From an uncultured delta proteobacterium (GTDB lineage Bacteria > Desulfobacterota > Binatia > UBA9968), in NCBI GenBank assembly GCA_963847445.1, contig CAWJZV010000028.1:60973-124972 (forward strand): a stretch of DNA of 64,000 nt. Reading direction: 5' to 3'. Made by a program: the position numbers and the translations under genes. Under the pieces are notes generated by a model that did no database searches, was not told where the DNA came from, and worked only from the letters and a program-made list of their open reading frames with translations. The first letter of the stretch is position 1. Each line of letters begins with the position of its first letter. Of this stretch, positions 10,259 through 20,447 are shown one piece after another.

Positions 10259-11260
10259 TCAATCGCCAAACTTGATATGTTTCGCCAGCGTCTGGACTAC
10301 GTCCGGCGGTTGACCTAAAACCTCGGAGACGACCTTCAGAGCATCCTCCGGCGATACGTAATCGATGGTCATCTTGCCCTTCTCAGCTTCCGCAAGGAGA
10401 TCTTTGTCCTTGAGAGCGTTGGCAAATGCATCGCGGAGTATTTTTATCGCGTCCTTCGCTGTTCCCGGAGGTGCCACGAAAGGCCGGTAGATTTGCGTCG
10501 GGACAGCATTCACGGCCATGATGAGCTTCCCTTGCTGAGTCTTTGCAAGATTCTCGTCAACCGCTAATTTTTCGATTCCCGGCGCCGAGGTCCGGTTTCG
10601 AATAATTGGACGCACCAGACCACGGTCGATAAAGGGCTTGATCGAATCGTAAGAGCCCGCCCGGCCATCCACCTCTTTGCGCTCGAGGGCGAGCATTACA
10701 TCGGCGCTCGATGAGTAACCAGGGACAAGTTTGAAGTCAAAACCAGCGAACTCCTCAAGGAGCGCGGGAAAATCATGGGTCGAGCTTCCGGGTCCGGTGG
10801 TGCCGATGACAAACTGCTTGGCCTTTCGCAAGTCCTCCGCGGTCCTGTATGGTAAATCGGAGCGCACGCTGAGGATCACGGCATCGCTGGCAGCACTGCC
10901 CAACCAGGCAAACTTGGCTACATCGAACCTCACCCCCTCAACCTTGATCAATTGCGCAATGACCGTAGCATTGTTAAAAGTCCCGATCGTCAGTCCGTCT
11001 GGCTTAGCGATGCTGAAAAGGTGATTCGCCGCAATCACGCTGCTGGCTCCCGGCATATTCTGAACAATGGCGCCGGGATTTCCCGGGATATACTTGGGCA
11101 GGTGTTTAGCGATGAGGCGCGCATATCTGTCATAGCCCCCTCCCGGTTTGTAGCCAACGACAATTGTGATCGTCTTGCCTTCATATAATGAAGCGCCATA
11201 AGAAGGCGCGTTTGCAAAGAACAAAACCAGAGAAAGAACGATGATCGATGATGTCTTCAT
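10259..11260 (-). CDS. tctC: TctC/Bug family substrate-binding protein
   Basis: Signal peptide; VGYKPGGGYD..AR, VQNMPGA and PDGLTI motifs. Confidence 0.92.
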   Translation of the reverse strand: MKTSSIIVLSLVLFFANAPSYGASLYEGKTITIVVGYKPGGGYDRYARLIAKHLPKYIPGNPGAIVQNMPGASSVIAANHLFSIAKPDGLTIGTFNNATVIAQLIKVEGVRFDVAKFAWLGSAASDAVILSVRSDLPYRTAEDLRKAKQFVIGTTGPGSSTHDFPALLEEFAGFDFKLVPGYSSSADVMLALERKEVDGRAGSYDSIKPFIDRGLVRPIIRNRTSAPGIEKLAVDENLAKTQQGKLIMAVNAVPTQIYRPFVAPPGTAKDAIKILRDAFANALKDKDLLAEAEKGKMTIDYVSPEDALKVVSEVLGQPPDVVQTLAKHIKFGD

Positions 11261-11375
11261 AAAAACTCCTTTCCTAAAACCCCTTCAGTCTGTTTAGCTA
11301 GATAGATCACCTGCTTGGTTTATGAAGCGCCCATTGCCGCTCCGTCGTGCTGTGCAAAACCGTCCTGAATTGACT

Positions 11376-12005
11376 TTATCCCGTTGCGCCTGCCAATTCC
11401 TCCGCGATCTTTAGATATTTCTCATGCACTTCCGCGCCCATTTCTTCGGCCTCGTGCTGCGCGAAAGCCGCCAAGAGTTTTTTCTGTTCGTCGGCGGAAA
11501 TCACCTCGTCCGCCATGCGAAAAAGTATCTCGTCTTCTTTCTGAATATGTTCCCTTAGAAGCCGAATGTAAGCTCGCGCGCTGCTAAACAGAACTGCCGC
11601 CGCGGCGTCGTTCTTCGCTTCCAACAGGACGATCGCCGCGGCCATCGCCCGCACATAAGATCGCCCCTCTTCATGTTCCGTCAACATCATGCCGACGGGA
11701 CCACCATCGCTCGGTATGCCGTGTTCCTCCAACGCCGGAAATAAAACTTTCTCCTCTTTGATATGGTGGCACTGATCGGCGAAGTGGCGGATAAAGTCGA
11801 GCGCCTTTTTCCATGAATCCAATGACGCAAGCGCCGGCTTCTCGGTCAATTTTTCCACTGCCGCGAGCACGCGCTCGATAACGCGATGCTCGTCGCTGAG
11901 CAGCGCCGTGGCTTTGTCGGATTGATGATGGCTGCTAGCGGTCAGTGTTGCGTCATGCGCCGAGTGCGCGCGCGACGATTTCTCCGCGTCGGTGCGATTT
12001 TCCAT
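11376..12005 (-). CDS. Hemerythrin (HHE) domain protein
   Basis: EHRVI, HHIKEE.VLFP, EHEEGR and HIQKEDEILF motifs; start MENRTD. Confidence 0.9.
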   Translation of the reverse strand: MENRTDAEKSSRAHSAHDATLTASSHHQSDKATALLSDEHRVIERVLAAVEKLTEKPALASLDSWKKALDFIRHFADQCHHIKEEKVLFPALEEHGIPSDGGPVGMMLTEHEEGRSYVRAMAAAIVLLEAKNDAAAAVLFSSARAYIRLLREHIQKEDEILFRMADEVISADEQKKLLAAFAQHEAEEMGAEVHEKYLKIAEELAGATG

Positions 12006-13151
12006 GGCTATTTTTCCTCTCCATCGCTTTGGGCTGATAAACACAATAGGGATCGCTGCGCATCGGATCGCCGGTGATCGCGTAAGCCCGCGACCGGCTA
12101 CCGCCGCAGATCGATTTGAACTCGCACACGCCGCACTTGCCTTTGAGTTGGCTGAAGTCGCGCACGCGGGTAAACACATCAGACGATCGGTAGATGTCCG
12201 GCAATGGCTGAGAGCGGATGTTGCCGCCGACGAGAGTCAAAAAGCCGCTGGGCTGGACATCGCCGGTGTGAGAAATGAAGACGACGCCGCGGCCGTCGTT
12301 GACGCCGAGCGGCGCGCGCAGAATCTTGGCCGCCTTGCCGTTTGGCGCGACCTCTGTCGGAGTCAGAGACCGTGCGTTCGCCTCGGCGAGCAATTGTTCC
12401 ACGGGCATGGCCAATTCAGCCGCGCGCCGCTGCAACAGCACGCGCCGGTAGTGATAACCTTCGCGCGGCGTGACATCGAAGGGCGCCGACTTCGCCAAAT
12501 CATATAACCAATGAAACAGCGACTCGATCTCTTTCGCGGTGATATTGAGCCGGCGAATCTCCGGACGCGCCGCCCGGCCAACCGCGATGAGTAGAAATAG
12601 CGCCCACAGTTTGATGCCGCGTTCGGCGATCATGGCGGCGATCGCCGGCAAATCGGCCAACACATGGCGCGTCACGGTGGTGTGGATCTGCGACTCCAGG
12701 CCGAATTCGCGGCACCAATCGAGGATATCGAGCGTGCGCTCGAAAGACCCAGTAGACGCCGCGAAAACCATCGTGGGCGGCGCTATCTTTGCCGTCTAGG
12801 CTCACGGCGAGACGAATCAATCCGGCCTCGGCGAATCGGCGCACCGCATCGCGCGTGATCAGCGGCGTCGCCGACGGCGTCATCGCCACGCGCAGTCCTT
12901 CGCTGCGGGCGTACGTCGATGATGTCATAGATATCCGGCCGTTTGGCCGGATCGCCGCCGGTCAAAACAAAGATCGGATAGGGTGAACCGAATGCCTTGA
13001 CGCTTTGGATCAGCCCTTGGGCTTCCGCAAAGCTCAGCTCACTTGGATCGCGCACAGCTCGGGCTTCAGCGCGGCAATGAATGCAGGCAAGATCGCAAGC
13101 CCGCGTGGTCTCCCAAACCACCGTGAATGGCCGTTGATTGAAATCCATCAA
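11953..13151 (-). CDS. Radical SAM/SPASM protein, TIGR04053 / NirJ-Ahb-like (frameshifted)
   Basis: WETTRACDLACIHCRAEA (CxxxCxxC), TGGDP and C-terminal KCGVCEFKSICGGSRSRAYA...DPYC; split over three ORFs. Confidence 0.88.
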
Positions 13152-13162
13152 TGATTCTAATG

Positions 13163-13178
13163 AGCATGTTGCGTGCCA
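13163..13178 (-). promoter_or_regulatory. Putative sigma-54 promoter
   Basis: Minus strand TGGCACGCAACATGCT, 12 nt from the radical SAM start. Confidence 0.6.
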
Positions 13179-13303
13179 CGGCGGCGGCGCGAAGCTAGGC
13201 TAAAGAGCGAAGCTATTCGACGAATGTCGGCGAATTATTGTTGGAGTTGAGAATTGGCTTGAGCGAATTTCCTGTTTTCTGGAAATACTTGGACTTTCTG
13301 ACA

Positions 13304-13870
13304 TCACTTCGGTCGCGCAGCAATGCTCTCACGTTTTCTAACTGCAAGAATGTTATTGGCCAAAAACACAATGACTGCCAGCGTGTTGAGCAAACCGCCC
13401 CAGCGTTGTAGCGCATGCCACGCACCGAGATCGCCGGCGACTCGTAGCAGCAACGACGCGTGCAGCAGGCCGACGTGCAGGTAAAAAGCATTTCGAAACG
13501 GTAGTGGCAAACCCGTAATGGTCGGCAAGATGATTGGCGCGTGAGCAAAGATCATCGAGAAAACGAAGCCCAAGAAAATCGCGTGCAGCATCGCATCGTA
13601 TTTCGGGACGGCGCTGAAAGCTTGCGCCAAGCCTAACCAGAGAATCGCGCCTAGCGCCAACCAAAAATAGCCGGCGATCAAACCGAGCGCCATGTAGCGC
13701 GGCAAGCCTTCTTGGCGCGCCGAATGCCAAGCCAGATCGTAACGGAGCAACCAGAGAGCGATCGCGAGTAAACCCACGGCGGCGATACGCAGGCCAGAAT
13801 GAAAATCGATTAGTGTGCCGCAAAGTCCAATGACGAAAATCGCCACGCTTAGGTAGAATTTCGCGCGCAC
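13304..13870 (-). CDS. NnrS-like polytopic membrane protein, probably C-terminal half only
   Basis: GYFWLALG, YDAMLHAIFLGFVFSMIFAHAPIILP and LLH.SLLLRV; no convincing start. Confidence 0.6.
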   Translation of the reverse strand: MRAKFYLSVAIFVIGLCGTLIDFHSGLRIAAVGLLAIALWLLRYDLAWHSARQEGLPRYMALGLIAGYFWLALGAILWLGLAQAFSAVPKYDAMLHAIFLGFVFSMIFAHAPIILPTITGLPLPFRNAFYLHVGLLHASLLLRVAGDLGAWHALQRWGGLLNTLAVIVFLANNILAVRKRESIAARPK

Positions 13871-14135
13871 GGTCAGCGAGCGGTTGGCGGATTCTCCCCT
13901 GGACGGGACATTGCCCTCTGTACTAGAGGCGCATGCAGCAGGGATTTATCCTTTTCTTTACTTCGTCGAAACCACATCAACGCAGAACTCTCCGGGACTT
14001 GTGTGGAGCAGGATCGCTCCCAAAAATGGGGTGACCCTTCCCAAAATAGGGAATCAAACGCGGGAATTTTCTTGTTCCTAGAAATTCACCGCGGCGCGCC
14101 GGCGCAAAAGGGGAGCGAAAAGCGACGTCAATCAT

Positions 14136-14151
14136 TGGTACGGCGATTGCG
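14136..14151 (+). promoter_or_regulatory. Putative sigma-54 promoter of the nxr-like operon
   Basis: TGGTACGGCGATTGCG (GG-N10-GC), ~50 nt before the Rrf2 gene. Confidence 0.7.
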
Positions 14152-14199
14152 TCCTCGAAGAGTCAAAGGACCAAAATGGTCTACTGACTCCGGCGACAA

Positions 14200-14630
14200 A
14201 TGAAACTTGGCAAAGAAAGCCGCTATGCGATCGAGGGATTGGCAGTGTTAGCCAGTAAGCCCTTTGGAACCATCATGCACGTACACGATATCGCGGAAGC
14301 CGCTCACGTGTCCCCGAGTTTTCTGGCAAAGATCTTTCAAAAACTCCACCGGGCGAAGCTGTTGACCTCTTCGCGCGGCGCAGTTCGCGGCTACGCCCTC
14401 GCCCGTCGGCCAAACGCGATCAATGTAAGGATATATTTGTCGCGGTCGAGGGCGGCGATGTCTTCGATCGCTGCATTTTTTGGAGCGATCGATGCGCCGA
14501 TCTTTCTCCCTGCCCGATGCATGCGGAGTGGAAACGGGTGCGACAAGCCATCACCAAAAGGATGCAGAGAATAACCTTGGCGGGCATGGCGCGAAAAAAT
14601 CCTGCGAAGCGCATGCGATCGATGCGCTGA
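14200..14630 (+). CDS. Rrf2 family Fe-S transcriptional regulator (frameshift ~14428)
   Basis: SRYA, FLAKIFQKL and SSRGAVRGYALAR; the shifted frame continues VEG...CIFWSDRCADLSPCPMH. Confidence 0.9.
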
Positions 14631-14652
14631 CGAGCCGGGGAGGGACGCTCAG

Positions 14653-16236
14653 ATGAAATTGTTTTTTGCTTCGATGATCGCGCTGGTTCTCGTTTTGAGC
14701 GGCCTCGCCGTGATCAAATCCGCCGAAGTCGTCAAATCACCTCCTGCTTCCTCCCAACTCATTGCGGCCGGAAAGGCTCTCTACGGCCAGCAATGCGCCG
14801 CTTGCCACGGCAACACCGGCCGGGGCGACGGCGAAGCGGCCTATCTGTTGTATCCCAAGCCGCGCGATTTCGTTGCAGCGAGGTATCGGCTGGTTTCCAC
14901 CTGGGATCGCGTGCCGACAGATCAAGATCTCTTCGACACGATTTCGCGCGGCATGCCCGGCTCAGCGATGCCGTCGTGGGAACATCTAACGACGGAGCAA
15001 CGATGGGGCTTGGTCTACTACATTAAATCCTTCGCGGAAAAGCCGATCGAGATAAGATCTCAGAAAATGCCGTCAGCTGACGGGAGCGGCGGCGAGGGTA
15101 TCATAGAAGTTCCCAACCGGTTCCTTTTGATGCGGCGGCAAGAGCACGCGCCCTGGAGCTATATAAGGACGCCTGCGCCTCGTGCCACGGCGCGACGGCA
15201 AGAGGCGACGGCGCGCAAGAGCAAAGAGACGACGAGGGGTTTCCTACCCGGCCGCGTGATCTGACCGCGGGCATTTTCAAAGGCAGCCCCGATCCGATCG
15301 CGCTTTACCGCCATATCGTCGCGGGCATTCCTGGAAGTCCGATGCCGATGAGCGATTGGGCTTACGGCGCTGACGCGTGGCATTTGGTCAATTACGTGCG
15401 CTCGCTCTCCAGCGATCCGCAACGCGAACGCGTGGAGATGAAGAAGTTCACGATTCAAGCGGTACGAGTCACGACTCTTCCGGATCATCCCGAATCGGGA
15501 ATCTGGCGTCTGGCGTCGCCGGTCAATCTTCATCTGATGCCGCTTTGGTGGCGCAGCGAACGGCCGGAAGAAGTGACCGTGCGGGCGGTGCATGACGGCA
15601 AAGAGATCGCCATTCTCATGGTCTGGCACGATGATACAAACGATCAGACCGCACTTCGGCCCCAAGATTTCCGCGATGCATCGGCGATCCAATTTTCGCT
15701 AACCGCTAATCCGCCGTTTTTCGCCATGGGCGAGCAAGCAGCAGCAGTGAATATTTGGATGTGGAAATCCGAGCGGCAAGCCGATCTCCAAACGCGCGTA
15801 TCAAGAGCTGGAATCTGTTTATCCCAATCTTGGTATCGATTCCTATCCGAATCTCATGCGCTCCGCTGTAGAGCAGCCGCATCGTCATGCTCTGACATTG
15901 GAATCGGACCCCTCATTCGTGACCGGCTGGGGTGCCGGGAATATCGTCTCGGATCCAGAACGAAAAAGCCCTGTCGAAGATCTCACGGCTAAGGGATTCG
16001 GCACACTGCAAGCGAGACCCAGGATAGATCAAAAAGTCGGCGCACACGGACTCTACGGGCACGGTTCCTATGAAGTTATGTTCCGTAGATCCTTGTTGCC
16101 CACCGGCCAGGGCGCCGTCGCACTCCGAGCCGGGACTACCGTGCCAGTGGCCTTTGCCGTCTGGAACGGCAGCGCGGGAGATCGCGACGGCAAGAAGTCG
16201 GTGACGATTTGGCAGGATCTAAAAATCGCAAAATGA
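14653..16236 (+). CDS. Diheme cytochrome c fused to ethylbenzene-dehydrogenase gamma-type heme-b (DOMON) domain; NXR gamma candidate (frameshifted)
   Basis: N-terminal hydrophobic helix, CAACH and CASCH (~15174) each followed by PRD and G..MP, then FRDASAIQF, MG, VNIWMWK and VAFAVWNGSAGDRDGKK. Confidence 0.85.
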
Positions 16237-16327
16237 ACGTTGCAAACGTTCAAGCAATTCAAACGTTTTGAACCGCTTGAGGATTGTAACGACTTGAACG
16301 TTTGGAACGGCTGGAACGATTGGAACG
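16234..16327. repeat. TTCAA/TTGAA 9-bp-period inverted repeat element
   Basis: gttcaagc/ttcaaacg units followed by ttgaacg/tggaacg units. Confidence 0.8.
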
Positions 16328-16353
16328 CAAGCGACGTCGTAGGAGCGAGAATA

Positions 16354-19300
16354 ATGAACGATGATGAAGCCAGAGAGATGATGCGGGTAACCCGCCGTGA
16401 CTTCCTCAAGTGGATGGGCATCGGCACCGGCGCAGCGGCCATCGCTGCCGGTTCCTTGCACTATTTCAGACCTGCGGACGCTGGCGACAATCCGCTGGCA
16501 CGGTCGGTCAATCGAGAGTGGGAAAAAATTTACCGCGATCAGTACAAATACGATAGCGCTTTCGATTGGGTCTGCTCGCCCAACGACACCCATGCATGCC
16601 GCGTTCGGGCTTACGTTCGCAATGGCATCGTGACGCGCATGGGGAGCACCTACGATTACCAAGACTACGCCGACCTTTACGGCAACAAAGCAACCGTCAA
16701 TTGGAATCCGCGCCAGTGCGCCAAGGGCTATACCTTTCATCGTGTGATCTACGGCCCCTACCGCCTGCGCCATCCGATCGTGCGCAAAGGTTGGAAGGCC
16801 TGGGCCGATGCCGGCTTTCCCGAACTGACGCCGGAGAACAAAACGAGATACATGTTCGATGCCCGCGGCCAGGACGAGTTCGTGCAAATTTCCTGGCCCG
16901 ACGCCTTCGACTCCATCGCTAAAGCGCTGGTCGCGATTTCAGCACGCGTTACAGCGGCGAGGCGGGGAAAAAACTGCTCCTGGCACAGGGCTATCAACCG
17001 GAAATGGTCGAAGAGATGGGCGGCGCGGGAACACGGACAGTGAAAATGCGCGGCGGCATGGGGCTGCTCGGCGTGATCGGCAAGTACGGTATGTATCGTC
17101 TCAACAACTCGCTCGCGCTGCTCGACGCAAAGATTCGCGGCGTCGGTCCCGACAAAGCCCGCGCCGGGCGCAATTTCTCAAACTATACCTGGCATGGCGA
17201 TCAAGCGCCGGGCCATCCTTGGGTGCACGGCCTGCAAGCTTCCGAATGCGACTTCAACGATCTGCGTTTTTCCAAGCTCATCATCATGGACGGAAAGAAC
17301 CTGGTCGAGAACAAGCTCACGGACTCGCACTGGTTTATCGAATGCATGGAGCGCGGCGCGAAGATTGTCGTGATCGCGCCGGAGTACGGCCCGCCTTCGA
17401 CCAAAGCCGACTACTGGATTCCGATTCGGCCGCAGACCGATGCTGCGCTTTGGCTCGGGATTACCAAGCTGATGATCGACAAGAAATGGTACGACGAAAC
17501 TTTCATCAAGCGCTTCACCGATTTCCCGCTGCTGGTGCGCACCGACAATCTAAAACGGCTGCGCGCCCAGGAGATTTTCCCAGATTATAAGACCACGCTC
17601 GCCGCCGATGGGGCGTCCATGAAAATCCAAGGATTGACCGCCGAACAGCACGCGCAACTCGGCGACTTCGTGATTTGGGACGCAAAGAAGAACGGCCCGG
17701 TAGCAATCACGCGCGATGATGTGGGCGAGGCTATGGCAAAAAAAGGCTTGGACCCTGCACTCACCGACACTTTCAAGGTTAAACTGCTCGACGGCAAGGA
17801 AGTCGAAGTCGCGCCGTTGTGGACGCTCTATCAAACCCACTTGAAGGACTATGACCTCGACACCGTCGCCGATATCACCAGCGCGCCGAAAGCGATGATC
17901 GAGCAGCTCGCGCAGGATATCGCGACCATGAAGCCGGTGGCGATTCATCAGGGCGAAGGGATCAACCACTGGTTCCACGCCACGGAAATGAACCGCGCGT
18001 CATACTTACCGTTGATGCTGACGGGCAACATCGGCAAGCCCGGCGCCGGCTGCCATACCTGGGCCGGCAACTACAAAGCCGCCCTGTTCCAGGGATCGCC
18101 CTGGTCCGGACCCGGTTTCAAGGGCTGGGTAGCCGAAGACCCATTCGAAATTAATTTAAATCCCAATGCCCACGGCAAAGAAATTCACGCCCACGCGTAC
18201 ACCAAAGACGAAGAACCTGCTTATTGGAACCATGGCGATCTCGCCTTGATCGTCAACACGCCCAAGTTCGGGCGCAAAAATTTCACCGGCAAGACCCACA
18301 TGCCGACGCCCACCAAAGCTTTGCTCTTTAACAACGTCAACCTGATCAATAATGCCAAGTGGGCCTACGGCATGATCAAGAATGTCAACCCGAATGTCGA
18401 AATGATTGTTTCGATGGACATTCAGATGACCGCTTCCATCGAGTATGCGGACCTCGCGCTGCCCGCCAACTCGTGGCTCGAATTCGAAGGCTTGGAAATT
18501 ACCGCGAGCTGCTCAAATCCATTTCTACAAATTTGGAAAGGCGGTATTCCGCCGGTCTTCGACAGCAAAGATGACCTCGACATCATCGCTGGCATCGCCA
18601 ATGCGCTCGCCAACGTCACCGGCGAGAAGCGATTCCGCGATTACTTTGCCTTTGCCGCCGCCGACAAACGGGGCATTTACATCCAGCGCCTGCTCGATAC
18701 CTGTACGACGACGGCCGGTTACAAGCTCACTGATATCATGGCCGGCAAGTACGGCCCTCCGGGCGGCTGTTTGCTAAACTTCCGCACCTATCCGCGCATT
18801 CCCTTCTATGAACAGGTGCATGACAGCGAACCGTTCCATACGGACACAGGACGGATGCATGCTTACGCGGACGTGCCTGAGGCGATCGAGTACGGCGAAA
18901 ATTTCATCGTGCATCGCGAAGGACCGGAAGCGACGCCGTATCTGCCCAATGTGATCGTCAGCTCCAATCCGCTGGTGCGGCCGGAGGATTACGGCATTCC
19001 CACCAACGCCGAGCACTGGGACGAGCGCACCATCCGCAACATCAAGATGCCCTGGAGCAAGGTGAAGCAGACCAAGAACTTTCTCTGGGAAAAGGGCTTC
19101 CAGTTCTACTGCTTGACGCCAAAGACGCGCCACCGGGTCCATAGCGGCTGGTCCAACGTCGACTGGCATATGCTGATGGATTCTAACTTTGGTGATCCCT
19201 ACCGCCTGGACAAGCGAGCGCCCTGCGTCGGCGAACATCAAATGCACATGAATCCGCAGGCGGCGCGTGATCTCAATATTAATGATGGCGACTATGTTTA

Positions 19301-19823
19301 CGTCGACGCCAATCCGGCCGACCGACCGTATCTCGGCGCCAAGCCCGACGATCCGTTCTATCGCGTGTCGCGCCTTATGCTGCGCGTCACTTACAACCGC
19401 GCTTATCCATACAACATCGTCATGATGAAACATGCGCCCTTTATCGCCACGGAGAAAAGCGTGAAGGCGCACGAGACCCGTCCCGATGGCCGCGCTTTAT
19501 CGGAGAACACCGGCTATCAAGCCAACCTGCGCTACGGTTCGCAGCAGTCGATCACGCGCAACTGGCATATGCCGATGCATCAGACCGACACTTTGTTTCA
19601 CAAAGCCAAAGTGTCGATGAGCTTCATCTTCGGCGGCGAAGCCGACAATCACGCCGTCAACACCGTGCCAAAAGAAACCCTGGTGCGCGTGACCAAAGCC
19701 GAAGACGGCGGTATGGGCGGCAAAGGGATCTGGAAGCCGGCGACGACGGGTTATTCGCCGGACAACGAAAACGATTTGATGAAACGATATCTGGCGGGAG
19801 ATTTGACGAAAGTGAAAGTGTGA
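16354..19823 (+). CDS. nxrA: Periplasmic nitrite oxidoreductase/nitrate reductase alpha subunit, anammox/Nitrospira type (frameshift ~16947)
   Basis: Tat motif TRRDFLK, FS0 motif C-X3-D-X3-C-X39-C (CSPNDTHAC...RQC), NYTWHGDQAPG, HTWAGNYKA and VHREGPEATPYLPN; AGGAG RBS at 16341. Confidence 0.92.
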
Positions 19824-19825
19824 GA

Positions 19826-19987
19826 TGAACACGTTCAAGCCGTTCCAATCGTTCAACCCGTTCAACCCCCTCCTTAGTCCTCCCCCACGGGCGCGGGGGA
19901 GGAAAGGAATCGGAGGTTCGAACGACTGAAACCTCCGAAACGGTTTGAACGGAGCGCAGCGATTGAACGGCTTGAACGATTGGAACG
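19826..19987. repeat. Composite palindromic repeat (TTCAA arm, two hairpins, TTGAA arm)
   Basis: Near-identical to 21705..21870; core cctccccc..gggggagg and tcggaggtt..aacctccga. Confidence 0.9.
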
Positions 19988-20009
19988 CGAGCGACGAAGG
20001 AGCGAGATA

Positions 20010-20447
20010 ATGCCCTTTAAAGACCCCGACCCCACCGACCCGAACATGCTCGTCGGCGTGATGCTTTCTGCCGACGCCGAGGCAACCCGTGACATGGCCT
20101 ACGTCTTCGCCGAGGAATTCGCTCGTCTCGGCTATACGAGAGAGCAATTGCTCTGGCTGTTTAAGAATCCCTTCTACGGCGGCGCCCATGGCGCCTACCG
20201 AGCGCTCGGAGAAAACGAGACGCAGTCGATCATCGATGAATGCTTGAACGTCTGGGGCACCATCAGAATAACAGTTCAAGACGTTCAAACAGTTCAAACC
20301 GATCAAACCCCCTCCTCAATCCCCCGCGTCGCGGGGGAGGAAGGGAATCGGAGGTTCGAATCTCTGAAACGGTTTGAACGGAGCGAAGCGATTGACCGGC
20401 TTGAACGGTTTGAACCTTCGCGACGAGAGGAGCGAGACGATGACTAA
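20010..20447 (+). CDS. Small protein between nxrA and nxrB, C-terminus encoded by a repeat copy
   Basis: MPFKDPDPTDPNMLVGV...FAEEFARLGY..LFKNPFYGG; AGGAG RBS; stop overlaps the nxrB start. Confidence 0.75.
   Translation: MPFKDPDPTDPNMLVGVMLSADAEATRDMAYVFAEEFARLGYTREQLLWLFKNPFYGGAHGAYRALGENETQSIIDECLNVWGTIRITVQDVQTVQTDQTPSSIPRVAGEEGNRRFESLKRFERSEAIDRLERFEPSRREERDDD
20272..20416. repeat. Composite palindromic repeat copy inside a CDS
   Basis: Same arms and ccccc gcg tc gc ggggg agg core as the 19826 and 21705 copies; second hairpin partly deleted. Confidence 0.85.

Noticed and set aside
16930-16980. Programmed frameshifting in nxrA
   Set aside because: Indels are ubiquitous across the window, so sequencing error is the simpler explanation.
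16354-19823. Canonical cytoplasmic NarG or periplasmic NapA
   Set aside because: Tat signal, Cys/Asp FS0 motif, absence of narI/napB and the NXR-type beta subunit do not fit.
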